From Octopus sinensis (lineage: Eukaryota), in NCBI RefSeq assembly GCF_006345805.1, contig NC_043005.1, positions 102,238,001 through 102,302,000 on the forward strand: DNA of 64,000 nucleotides. The letters run 5' to 3'. Each line of letters begins with the position of its first letter. Position 1 is the stretch's first letter. Shown in pieces: positions 38,688-52,501 of the stretch. Made by a program: the position numbers and the translations under genes. The notes under the pieces were generated by a model that saw only the letters and a program-made list of their open reading frames with translations, did no database searches and was not told where the DNA came from.

Positions 38688-39408
38688 TCGTAACATAGCA
38701 TTTTTAAAGTAATAAGTGTCTATAACCTATTATCAGTGTATGACATATCCATTATAACTAATATTAGCACTTAAGGAACGTAGTAATGTTAAAAGTTGAT
38801 ACATAAAGATTATTCGAAAAAAATATAGAAATATATTTTAAAATACCAAAAAAAGAAGAAAAATGAATATTCCGATTTAATAGCGCGAGGAAATCAACTT
38901 GACGTCTTAATAAACCTATTATTATTTTCCGTGTGTATCTATGGATATATACATTTATGTGCAAGTAAATTGTGTATGCATGTATGATTATATACGTGTA
39001 AGCGAAAGTTTCTATGTTTTAGGAGGCTTTATATTTTTTTCTCATCGTGGAAGGGTATTTTCTATGTATTCTACGTAACATTCATTTCCTTCTTCTGATC
39101 GACTCCAGCATAACCGACATCTTCATTTGTTGCACCTCTGTTATAACCGTTCTACTGTCTTTATCTCGTTTCACCTCTACAAAACCTACCACCTTTCGCT
39201 CTTTAATTCGAACAATCTCCTCCTTTCTAACCTCTTTAGCCGCTTCAAAAATTTACTAAGCAATAGAGGAGAAATAAAGAAAAAGAAATAGTTGAAATGT
39301 TGAAATATGTGTGTATGTGTATTCGCGTGGAGGCACATTCATGTAGAGATGTATGCATATGCGAATAGGCATGCATACATGTATATGTATGTCTCTCTCT
39401 CTCTCTCT

Positions 39409-39445
<37 letters not shown>

Positions 39446-39462
39446 TCGTATTTATGTGTGTG

Positions 39463-39493
<31 letters not shown>

Positions 39494-39500
39494 GGGGGGG

Positions 39501-39580
<80 letters not shown>

Positions 39581-40182
39581 CGTACGGAAGCTCTCACGCT
39601 CGAACTATTAGTGGAAAGAGAGATTAGAATGATTCACTTGTAAAGGAGAGGAGAAAGAGAGACACAGAAAGTTGCTGGAAAGGAAAAGAAGAAAATATGT
39701 TCCAGAAAATTTGTCATGATTAAACGTTTTGTGATAACGTCATCATTTGCTTAAAAGCTAAATTAAGGACCTTTTCTTTTAAAAGTGTCTTACAAAAAGA
39801 GAGCCAAGTCGATCTTTCGGCTATAATGAGCATGAACGCTGACCATGTGGTACTTCATGAAATATTTGCCCGTATTTCTGATACTCGGGTTCCATATTCA
39901 GTGGTGAATTAGCGCAGTCGTTAAAACTCTTTCAGATTTGATCTGCGAATTCTAGGATCAGAATTAGCAAGAGTAAAATTCACCAATAAGTGGTTCTACG
40001 TGTACTAATATTTTATTAATATTCCATCAACTTTTCAAAAATTTGCATTTATCCTTATTCTCAGAAGCAATATATGGAGATAATGAAGAACTAAGAACAC
40101 TACCTTTCGTGTGAATTATGTATATATATATATATATATACATAATCATACATACATACATACATATACACATTGTCGTCTA

Positions 40183-40335
40183 CTGTGATAAGTAGCTTGC
40201 TTACCAACCACATGGTTTCCGGTTTCATTCCGACTGAGTGGCACCTTGGGCAAGTGTTTTCTACTATAGCCTCGGGCCGACCAAAGCCTTGTGAGTGGAT
40301 TTGGTAGACGGAAACTGAAAGAAGCCCGTTGCTTA
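40183..40335 (+). mobile_element. SINE family 3, 5' portion
   Basis: Matches the reverse complement of 31215-31367. Confidence 0.8.
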
Positions 40336-41289
40336 TATAGCTTACTCTGTACGTTCACCCTGTCATTGTTTGTTCGTTCGAAGCACTAACTCTCCAGAAA
40401 TTTTATACTTTAAAAATGTCTGGATGCTGTTAAATATGCATTACAATGCGTCTTGATCCAACGGCCCTTCATGTTTCTCTTCCTTGATTGCTACTCTGTA
40501 CTTTCACCTTGTGAGGCAGGGATTCGCTGCCAGTACTAATGATATTGTGATAGTAATATCACTCTCAAATTTAGTTTTATAATATATATACATACATACG
40601 TACATACACACATATACACACCTATGCCCTCCACATATATATGCATTTTTATATAGATATGTATATGCATGCATATGTGTATATGCATTCATGTATACAT
40701 GTACGCGCATACACACATACACTATATGTTGTGTGGTGTGTGTGTGTGTGTATACTTGCGTAATATATAAATGATATTGCGTTGTTTTTCGTATATGAGA
40801 AAAATGTGTTCTGTGTGTCCGTACTTAAATTTCGTATTACTGTATAAGTTTATGACTTACGACGGTGTATGCATGAAGACATCTGTGTAAGAACGAACTG
40901 AAAGATAAGGCGATAGACTTGTATATAGACATCATAGTTTTAATATAGATGATAATAGATCTTAATGTAAATAAGTTTTACGCCAGAAAATATATTTTCT
41001 CGTACGAAAAGAAAAAGTGAAGAAATACAGGTAACAAAAATGGTTCATTTTAGTACAAGTAATTTTGTGTAGAGTGTATTGTATTGCGAGAGAGGTTAGC
41101 CGGGTGAATAACAACAATACAGTTAATTGGTTCAGAACGAAGAAAGTATATTTACATAATGAATACCGAATGCAATAATATTGTGTGAAATCTTGTGTTT
41201 AAGAAATTGATGAGAGAATATGTGCGCTATCAAGTAATCAAATACTGTATTATATTCTCTCTCACTCACTCACACACTCACTCACACGC

Positions 41290-41620
<331 letters not shown>

Positions 41621-42051
41621 GCATGTCAGTATGTTTGCATGTATGTATGTGTGTGTGTGTGTGTGCGTGCGAGCGTGTGTGTACGTGTGTTTTAGGAAAA
41701 GTAAGAGATTTCATTCAGAGCATGATCATGGACAAATGAAAGAAAATATTTGCATGACTTAAAGATATTTACTACCGGTTTCAATAGCTTTAAAGTTAAT
41801 TTTGTCATGCTGGAAGAGAGAAAACATGAAATAAATTAAATTAATCTTTCATTATATATCAAGTATTTCAGGTTTTTCCGTGAAAATTCACGAAATGTAA
41901 GAAGATGGTCTCTTTCTGAGATCTGCTGCTGCCGTGGTAGTGGCAGTTCAAGCAACGTCAGTTGCTTTTGTCTCTATGAAGTGGTTATCAATTGTAGCAG
42001 GGTCGGCAACGCTAATGGTCGAAGAAGTTTGTAATAGAAGCAGCAACAACA

Positions 42052-42400
42052 GTGGAGGTGCAATGGACCAATGGTTAGAGCAGTGGACTCGCAGTCGGAG
42101 GATCGCGGTTTCGATTCCCAGACCGGGCGTTGTGTGTGTTTATTGAGCGAAAACACCTAAGCTCCACGTGGTGGTGACCCCTGTTGTACTCTTTCACTCC
42201 AACTTTCTCTCATTCTTTCTTCCTTTTTCTTGTCTCCGACTTCCTACGCAACCGCTAAGCCTGGATGCGCATTCATCCATCCCTCGGTGTCGGGGGTTGA
42301 CCTGCTTTCTCTTCTGCGGATCTTACGAATAGCAAAGGACCTCGTTTCGGACTTCTCCCACTAATGGGACGAAGACCACTTTGCTCAACAAACAAACAAT
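42052..42400 (+). mobile_element. tRNA-derived SINE family 2
   Basis: Head matches 27743 onward. Ends in an (acaa)n tail. Confidence 0.8.
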
Positions 42401-44384
42401 CAAAGATGCAATGGCAGCTAAACCATGATTGTTGAAACAATATTGTAGGTCCTTGGAAGACTAAAAACTCTAGCGTAAGGGCTAGTAGAAGTTGCAGTGA
42501 CAGAAGCTGTAGTTTTTAGTAGGTGTCTCCAATAATCTCCCACAATTATTTAGAAGTGGTCGGCATTAGTTTTTGGAAGTTGTCTCTTTGTTGATATGTT
42601 CTTGTCATCTTGTTATACAATCCCTGAATATGTATAAGGTGGGGTTTTAAAAAATTTAGTCGTTTCTTATGTGCACATGTGGTTATATGCTTATAGAGTT
42701 GTATTTGTCAATAATCTGATATATTAATTTGTATTATATGCAGAGTGATGCAGTGTCGATACAATAATGTAGCAGTTCAAGTATTGGCATCGAATAACCC
42801 ACTTCCCCAAGCATTATTTAGCATTTGCCTATATGAAACACACACGCACACAAACAGAGAGACACATACACACTTTACCATCAACATTGTTATTTTACGT
42901 ACCTTTTATATCTAGTACGTATTGAACATGTCATCGCATCCAATAAAAAGAGATGCGTTGCGACACAACTATGTTGTCACTTTCACTTCTCTGTAGTCAT
43001 GACTAAGCCACTTAACTCTTGTTCTGTCTCCCTTCATCTATAAATAGATAATAAGCATAGATACAGCTAAGCACTGTTCAGTGAAGTACCACTGTGTATA
43101 AGAGATAAACGACCCATTACGTAGTCGTACTTAGTTAAAGATTTTTCTGTTCATTTAGATTTTGTTGTTTTCTTTGGGACTTAATCCATCTCTGATCGAG
43201 CAGACGTTGGATCAAATGCAGCTCAGCTCTTACCATTTACTCTTCCTCTAACAGTACATCATCCTTCTACATCATCCTGCGTACTCTATTTTGATGATGC
43301 TGAACGATGCTTGAAAGAGATTCGGTTGCAATTTGTAACAAATCGTGCAATTAAATATATAAGAATTACTTTCTTAAATGGCCTGCGTACATCGCTCATA
43401 GCAGAAGTGGTTTAACCACCGGTTTGTTTCATGTTTCTACGCAACAGCGTTCACAACATCGCGTTGATCCGAATTCACATCACTTTTAATTTGAAGTGCT
43501 TTGCTTCAAGTGACTAGGTACCATGCAATGAACATCGGTGTGAAATGCAACAACAGCAACAACAACAACAGATATATATATAATTGCAGCGTGGACGGTG
43601 TTTATAAGCCATTTAAGAAACACACAAAAACCGTTAGATTCACTTGAACATTTAAATTTAATTTGTCAAAATATTTTCGTCGCGAAAAGTGCATCGTCTG
43701 TAACAGCAACAAGACCAATGGCTCTACATGAGGGAAAAGTACATCACGATCAGATGCACAGCAACTTCATTGGATACAGCACCAAGAAAAGCTGCACAAT
43801 GACATTCGTGAAAACAACAAGCGAATCAATGTCAGAACATCAGTGCCAACAGTAAGTAAAAAGTTGTACAACAAACAAAGTAGAATTAATGTAACAATGT
43901 GTTTTAGATTCAGCACGTCCACTAACGATTATACCATCCATCACCACAGCAGATAAATGCGGTCATTTTTAAAGTAGACGCAAAGCCATACACTAATTTC
44001 AAAGACCATGTCAGAAAGTCGATTTCTAACAGGAAATCAGAATATAACTGGCATTTATGGGTACTGACTCTCGAATGACCAGCTAATTTAACCCCGGATA
44101 GGACTTAAACAATACCAACGTTATAACCAATAACAAGTGAGCAGCAAAGCCTCTATATGGTGCCAAGATCAACTAGAAATTAAAACCATGTTTGCCTCAG
44201 GCAGAGCAGTCCACCATTCGATGGACGTTTAACTTCAAAATAGTTATGTACATAGATACACGCTTACATACGTAAATGCAAACACAAATACGCATGCACA
44301 CGCACAAATACACGCGCACATACTCAAACATACATGCACACACACACATGCACATACTCTCTCTCTCACGCACACGCACATATC

Positions 44385-44700
44385 ACAAAAGTCAGCAGTG
44401 GTATTTCCCAGGGGAATGTTTTCGGCCCGCTTCCCTTTGTAGTCTATATAAATGACATCACAAGTGTTACCAAACAGCAAAAAGGTAATAAAAATTGCTG
44501 GATGACTCCAGCCTCTCGATAATTATCAATGCAGAAGACCTAACAAAACTTCAGTTTGATCTACATGCTGTAAGACAATGGGAGAAGTAAAACAACACAC
44601 GCATGTCAATGAGGGAAATTTTGAATTCATGCACTTCGTGAAAAAGAATGTACTTAAACAACTATATTCTCTCCAATCAGATGAACTACTCACAGTATCT
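44385..44700 (+). pseudogene. Decayed CR1-group RT remnant
   Basis: KVSSGISQGNVFGPLPFVVYINDI resembles [21 protein letters not shown]. Confidence 0.65.
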
Positions 44701-45457
44701 TATAATATCAGGAGCTTAAGATTAATCTCGGCTGGACTGTTCACAGCAACAATAAACTCAGTATGGCTCGCAGTATTAGCTCCTACAACTTCCAATCTTT
44801 CCGGTCAAGAGAGCAAGATGTCACAGTTCCACTTTTCTTTTCCTTTGCACAGTCACACCTAGAATACTGATGACACAAGCGCCCGGTCTAGAACAGTTTT
44901 TTCTAAATATCGCTGGCGGGGAGATGAGTCACTGCTATTTCTTGCGGTGGAGCGGCCATCTTTGACAAGACGAAGGAATGCTGAAATTATGTGATCTAGT
45001 GATCTCGGTGCAGGAAATAGCACGAATTTCTCTCCCTGTTAGCAAAATAAAGAAGAGTGACTTTTGGATCAAAAGCCAATGTGTGAGTTCCATTGCATCT
45101 ACCAAACTGTAATTTGTTCGAAGAGAACATCGATGTTTAATTGGGAATAAATATTACCTCTCGGTATAATACTGCCACTGTCACTAATATATCCCTTACC
45201 TTCGAAACGCGGAGTAGCCGAAACAGGGGCAATTGAAGAAGGGGAATATTCCTTGTGTTGTATGTCTTGTTCTCTGTTTTTTTCGTTGTTTGAAAAAATG
45301 TCCGTTTCTATGTTTTTGTTTTTATGTTTTCATTTCTCATTGTGTTCAATGTTTTTTTTTTGGTGTCCTGTACCCATATATGCATGTATATATACATGTA
45401 GAGGTAGGTATGTACATATATATATGTATATATGAATATGTTTTATATATTATTTTG

Positions 45458-45508
<51 letters not shown>

Positions 45509-45550
45509 GCAAGATTTTTTATGTGCACTCGTGCGTTGAAACAGATATTG

Positions 45551-45770
45551 TTGTATTTCGGAATGGTTATTTTGCCAGTTTAGCAATAAAAAACACACGC
45601 ACTATATAAGCAAAGGACCACTGATGCGGTCACAGAAGTGTGACGAAAGAACTCTGGCCGAAATAAGATTAAGTTTAATGTAAAACATAAATAACACTGA
45701 AGCAAGTAACACCAAATATATTGTGCGTGTGTTTTTATTGGCTAAACTGGCAAAATGACCATTCCGAAAT

Positions 45771-45774
<4 letters not shown>
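45551..45774. mobile_element. 224-bp element with ~52-bp inverted termini and an internal degenerate hammerhead
   Basis: 45551-45602 versus 45723-45774 as reverse complements. The right end abuts (TA)n. Confidence 0.8.
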
Positions 45775-45821
<47 letters not shown>

Positions 45822-45822
45822 A

Positions 45823-45857
<35 letters not shown>

Positions 45858-45865
45858 ATATTTAT

Positions 45866-45896
<31 letters not shown>

Positions 45897-45902
45897 CATA
45901 TT

Positions 45903-45934
<32 letters not shown>

Positions 45935-45937
45935 CAA

Positions 45938-45972
<35 letters not shown>

Positions 45973-46949
45973 TGTAGCTAAAAGACAATTTTATAAATAT
46001 TTTCCATAATTATCTTAAAATATGCATTATTGTCATCAAAGAACTCCATGTATACCCGTTCCTAATTAAAAGACGAAACAGAAGATATTTCTCTTCAAAC
46101 AAATAACATTCTTCCGCATATTAACTGGTACTCATCTTACACCTAGTTAACAATAAGCAAAATCAATTACTATAGGCAACCAATGGGTGGGTGCCTACAT
46201 AGTCACATGACATGGTAGAAACTTGTGCCTACAGGCATTTTCTAACGCTCCGCCTTAAAAATATGCAGGATACGTTTGATAATATAATTCTAAGTACATT
46301 ATTTCTGAATGTAAGACGAGTCAAGGCACCGTTGAGAAAAACCTTTGATCAGAGATGTATGGCTGACTTGGGGCTAAGCGATAACAGCAACAGCGTCGAA
46401 TGAATTTAATAAGAAAGCGGTGCTTCGTGTCCCGATCACCACCACCGTTCCTGGAGTATATAGAACCAGCAAATATATCTAATGAATCTTATTCGAACTT
46501 CCAAGTTGCATCGCTAGTGGGCACAAGTTTTCGAAGATGTTCAATAGTCTACTTTATAAATACTTTCAAAGAAGATGAAACACTATACGTTCTTCCCAAT
46601 CTAGTTGGATTTTTAAACAATCATAAACTCTAAATCATAATGTAATAATACCAATATAGGAAAAAAAGATTTATAGTTCCAGCAATAAATTAACAAAGAG
46701 ATAAAGGATAAAGACTTGCAAATATAATTACTGAACTGAAGTGTCCAAGTATGAAGGAGATGCTGGCCTACGTTTCATTGACAATAGGTCCGTCTAGAGA
46801 TAAGAGAATCCATAGATGTTAGTCATGTACGAATACGACTGACTAACACGTGACATGAGTGCGTGATTTTATTTCATTTTACGAAATTGCTGTGCAAACG
46901 AAAGCAGCACGACACTTGGCACAAGTAAAAACAAATATATTACATATAA

Positions 46950-47162
46950 GGTGAGTGTGTCTAGGTGTGTGTGTGTGCATGTTTTATGTGTGCATGCGTA
47001 TATATATATACACATACATGCAAATACACTTACATATACATATACATACATGTATGTATATTCATACATATATATATACATATGCATATATATATATATA
47101 TTATATATATATATATACATAAATGTCTCTCTATATATACATATATGTATATACATATGCAC

Positions 47163-47207
<45 letters not shown>

Positions 47208-47271
47208 TACACATATGCATATATCTTTATATATATACATACATATATATATACATTCATACACACACACG

Positions 47272-47342
<71 letters not shown>

Positions 47343-47776
47343 CACACATGCATATATCTTTATATATATACATACATATATACATACATATATATATATA
47401 CACACACATATTCATGTGTATATATATCTATGCGTCTTATAATTTAATAATATCTGTATTTATAATACTGGCGGTAATTTTCCCGCCGTGTTCCAGTTCT
47501 TGTCAGACGCTATTTCAAACTTATATTTTTCTGCAACTTCAAAATTTAATCGATTTTTCCTACTTCCTTTGTTGCCATATTTGATGTGTATTCCTCTCAA
47601 CAAGCTTCATAATGCATTTCAGATATTTACTCATCACTTCTATTACTTCGAATGTTTACTCAGATTTATTTTATTATTAAAAGTATATTTATTTTATTCT
47701 ACGTTCACGCCTCTCTGTGTTTATCTGCTATTTTGTCAACTTCAAATATCTCTAATACATATTAGTCACATTTTGA

Positions 47777-47830
<54 letters not shown>

Positions 47831-48291
47831 TATTATTATATATATATTATATATTATATATATATATATACATAAAATATATTTATATATATATATATAT
47901 ATACATAAAATATATATATATATATTATATATATATATATTTATATTTATATTTATATGATGTTTAAATATTCATAGGCACATATAGATATCTATGTTTA
48001 TATATGTTCTGTATTTATACGTGTATGTGTATATACGAGTGCAAGGGGGTATAATTGCATATTCTCTTCCTTTTATTAAACAGAAAAATCTACGTTTTGT
48101 CTTTCTCGCCGTCTTTCTTTGTCTCTGTATGTATGTATATAGATATATGTGTGTGTGTGCGTATATGTATATATGTACATATATATACATGTATATATTG
48201 ATATATATATATATATATATGTATTGATATATATATATATATATTGATATATATATATATATATATGTATTGATATATATATATATATATT

Positions 48292-48337
<46 letters not shown>

Positions 48338-48350
48338 ATATATATATACA
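46950..48350. repeat. Compound (TA)n/(CA)n microsatellite-rich region
   Basis: Direct reading. It is the source of the IYIY pseudo-ORFs. Confidence 0.9.
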
Positions 48351-49631
48351 CATTATTTTCAGTTTTGTTTTAAATGTATTTATAAATAATTTTTTGCTTC
48401 CTATTTCGATATTCCTGATAGATTCCTTGAGAAATTGCTAAATACTTCGCACCAAATGGGATTACCGAAATATCTATAAAAACGTGCAAAGAAATGAAAA
48501 CGGAAAGAATTACTTGACAAGTGGCCAGCTTTCAGCGTGATGATAAAATAGAGTAAGAGATGTTTAGAATATTTAAAAAAACCAAAGCAAAAAAGACAAA
48601 AGCAAATAAAACCCACCTTCTTCTGAAATTACATGTTGACAGACTTTTTGAATGCTGAAAGAGGCATCGACTCCTCTGTTTATATTATATTTGTAATCAC
48701 GCAAACACTCCCTCAGAAGGGCTTTAGGTCAACGAAGTTTAAGACGATGCAACACGTGTAAAGAGAGCAATCATTTTTATACGATGGTTGTATTTGCTTC
48801 ATAGTCAACCAGAAACGAAGATGGATGCTTTTATGCAGCATTCTTAGTGCCATTCTGCTGCATCGGTTTGGGTGATTTGTATTTTATGGAATGTTTTATT
48901 GCAGATTCCGAAATGGCTTCGTATTGTAGATTAGATCGCTCAGCACTGCGGATTACAATCTGGAATACAAATTAGACTTGGTGAGCATTTCGTGTAATTT
49001 ATATTTTTATTACGTCCATATCATACAAACGCCTAAACACACACGGCCTCGAGCAACTATTTATTGATCGTTTTACCAGCTCGAAGAAATACCTGTAGAC
49101 AATCTCTGAGATCACAACTTACTATTTTCAAAGTAATGCTTTGAATAGTTGTTATAGATACATTATACCTAAAAAGAAACACTCGGATTTTCTGCAAATA
49201 CGTTATTCGGAGGATTCTTGAATTACCACATCCCTGGGTTGAACTATATCAGCAATAAAACTCATCATAGATACACGTATAACGCTTCTACACGGCAGTA
49301 CGTCACAGCGATTCACAAGCGAGTATAACTTACAAGCTTGTACGACATTTTCGCAGATTCTTGTAGATGCCTATGTACAGGCGAGCATACATAGTTGCCC
49401 TCTCGGACCTCCTACCCGTATCCATTAGTTTATCAAGAACGTGACAGAGGGAGGGCGAGAGAGATGCGCTAGTAAAATACTAGTGCTCATTTACTGGTGA
49501 GTAGATTTAAGCAACGTTAAATGATGTACTTTGCCTAAGCACACAATGCGCCACTCGGCCCAGGAATTGAACCTGCGAATCATGATTGTAAACCCGTTAC
49601 CTCATACTCTAAGCCACAGACATAGATATAA

Positions 49632-50030
49632 CTAGCAGTATCGCCCGTCGTTGCTCGGGTTTGTAAGGGAAATAACTATATAAGCATTTTTAGAGAGTTA
49701 TACCCAAAAAATAGCAAAAAAATGCATTAAAAATTTTTAAAAAATGATGGTAAATTTTTTTTAAATCGTTGACTCATCGTAGACATTTTTATAGAGTTAC
49801 TTCCCTTATATAATAGCGAAAAAATGCATTAAAATGGAAAAAAATAATGGTAAATATTTTTTAAATCGTAGACTCATCGTAGACGCGCGCTAATACCCAG
49901 AAGGGCTCGATATGAATCCCGACTATAAGATACCCGGTGTTGGCTAAACTGCACCGCAAAATGTGGGAGTAGTTAGGAATCTAAATCGTAGGAGACAGAC
50001 AGCACACAACCTCACTTTTATATATAAAGA
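49632..50030 (-). mobile_element. Non-autonomous Helitron
   Basis: Minus strand A|TCTTTATATAT...cccgagcaacgacggg..CTAG|T shows the 5' TC, the subterminal hairpin, the 3' CTAG and insertion between A and T. It has an internal tandem duplication. Confidence 0.85.
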
Positions 50031-50049
50031 TTACACAGAAATATGTGTA

Positions 50050-50432
50050 TCTTTTATCTTTAATCTTTTTCTTGTTTCAGTCATTAGACTGCGGCCATGG
50101 TAATGCACCACCTTGAGGAATATTTAGGAATGAAATGATCCAAGTACTTGTTTTTTTTAAAGCCTGGTACTTATTCTATTGCGTTCTTTTGCTGAACTGT
50201 TAAGTTATAAGGGCGTAAAAACACCAACACCTGTTGTCAAGTTATAGTGAGGGCCAAACAGACATGAACACACACACACACACGACTGGCTTCTCTCAGT
50301 TGTTTCTGTTTATCAAATCCGATCACAAGGCTTTAGTCGGCCAGACACTTATCCAAGATGCCAGGCAGTGGAACTGAATCCTGAGCCATGTGGTTAAGAA
50401 AGAAACTTCGAATCACACGGCTACGCATGCAC
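50050..50432 (-). mobile_element. SINE family 3, diverged
   Basis: Collinear with 30928-31367 (cttgtttcagtcatt..gcggccatg..cttgtcaag..gtggaactgaatcc). Confidence 0.72.
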
Positions 50433-50463
50433 CTATGCATTCATGCATATGTACATGTATATA

Positions 50464-50503
<40 letters not shown>

Positions 50504-50575
50504 CATATAAATATATGTATGTATGTATATTTATATATGTATATGCATACATATATATGTATATATATGTATATA

Positions 50576-50607
<32 letters not shown>

Positions 50608-50677
50608 GTATATATATGTATATGTATATATGTTATATATATATATATTATATATGTATATATGTATATGTATTATG

Positions 50678-50715
<38 letters not shown>

Positions 50716-50739
50716 GTATATATATATATTATATATATA

Positions 50740-50789
<50 letters not shown>

Positions 50790-51663
50790 ATATATATATG
50801 ATATATCAGAGGCGACTCCAGGTCATCAACGTCACTCGGGATCATCATAGATTTCGCAAGAGACACATGCCTACTCGAAGAATTTCACGATGTTCCGCTT
50901 TACTTCTGGCCCCAAATGGCCTCTTTTTTTATATCTAGCACTATGCCTTTCTCCATTTCTAAGTTAAAATGTTCTACTGATAAAAATAAAGCGACCCCGC
51001 AAAACACAACTGATCTTTGCACACAGACGCAAAGAAAAACAGCAATCAAATTACGACAGCGGAGTGCACAACGAGCGATCTGCCACTTGTACTCATGACA
51101 AGAGATGCCGTTAATTTTTTACACCTATTAGGCTCATTCGTATTAGACCGAGTTGAGGGATACATTTTCCTTCCTTTGAAAATATTGGGGAGCGGAATCA
51201 TTTTATAGACTGGAATTTAAATACTAATCTCTTTACAAATTTATTGTTTCAAAAAAATATTGAATTTCAATTACTTTAAATTTTCATGATTATAGATAAC
51301 AACATGCACTGTAACTTCTGAGCCCGAGTTAAGCGCATGCGAATTATCTCGGAAGAGCGTCCGCTAGGAATGATACTTTTTCACATAGAGCACTTCTAAA
51401 ACGGTGCCAGACGCTGAGCGAAAATAAATGAACTGCGACCAGGGTCAATAAAAGGAGCCCAAGTTATTGGCTGAAATTACAGACTTCAATTCAATGTTCG
51501 TAGAAATTAAATCAGCTTGCAAATACAAGTTCACTTTAATAAATTTGTACTCGGGCTAAGCCCGAACAGCTTGGCGGCCAGAGTCGCCACTGATATATAT
51601 ATGTATATATATATAATCAGATAAAAAAAAACAAGGCTTCGTAGATATTACATTTATAGATAG

Positions 51664-51715
51664 GTCTTACAGCTGTTTCCCGGATATTTATGAATTAAAT
51701 CCCTTCATCGGAGAC
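51664..51715 (-). ncRNA. Degenerate hammerhead motif in a Penelope-like fragment
   Basis: Minus strand gtct-CCGATGA-AGGGAT..ATCC-gg-GAA-ACAGCTGT-A-agac, with U4C and an imperfect stem II closure. Confidence 0.55.
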
Positions 51716-51872
51716 GGTGTGAGAGGATGATTAAGTAATAGTTATATATATATATATATATATATATAATGTGTGTGTGTGGGCGTGCGTGCATGTGTGT
51801 GTGTATGTGTGTGTATGTATATGCATGTATGTATATATATATAATATATATATATATTTATATTTATATATA

Positions 51873-52281
51873 GTCATCGAAATTAATTAATTGTTAATAA
51901 ATTCGACCAAGCAGTATTCGGTATGTAAAGACCATTTACGGTATATTTGAAGTATTAATTTATAAAATGGTAAAGTAAAAAAATTCACTTTACCACACAC
52001 CGAACTTTTCAGAAATAGCAGCCAAAAATTTGGCTATTTCTTCAACTGCAAATAAAAGTCTCCAGACAATGCATACTCAGAAAATAACTCACATAGGTAT
52101 AAGGGAAAAACAATGAAAGATCACATCCATATACGATACCCGAGACAGTCTGTTTCTGGATTTGTGGGTAAAACGCCACTTTTCCTTCATCAGCTCAGAG
52201 ATTTCTTCTGATTTAGATTTGAAAATACTAAGAATCAAACATACCCGTCCGATATCTGTAACATCGGACAAACCATGCCAA
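51873..52281 (-). mobile_element. Target repeat (longest copy) downstream of Tx1 copy C
   Basis: Reverse complement of 6372-6714 plus ~70 further bp, ending ttcgatgact-(AT)n. Hammerhead at 52139-52199. Confidence 0.75.
52139..52199 (-). ncRNA. Hammerhead motif, copy C
   Basis: Same as 6454-6515 except one C is missing at the cleavage site/stem I junction. Confidence 0.62.
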
Positions 52282-52501
52282 TTTCTTTATTACCCACTAG
52301 GGGCGACATAGAGAACACATACAATCACGAATGATGAAAAAAAATATTATGAACATTTGGGGTCGGTTAAAAATCGGAAATGATATAAAACGAATGGTTA
52401 CACAATAGACACATTAACAAAATTACAAGATGCAGTGGGGCGGGTCCGCGACCCCATGCTCCCCGCCACGACACTTAGCCTTGTGGTTTCCTTTTTCCTT
52501 C

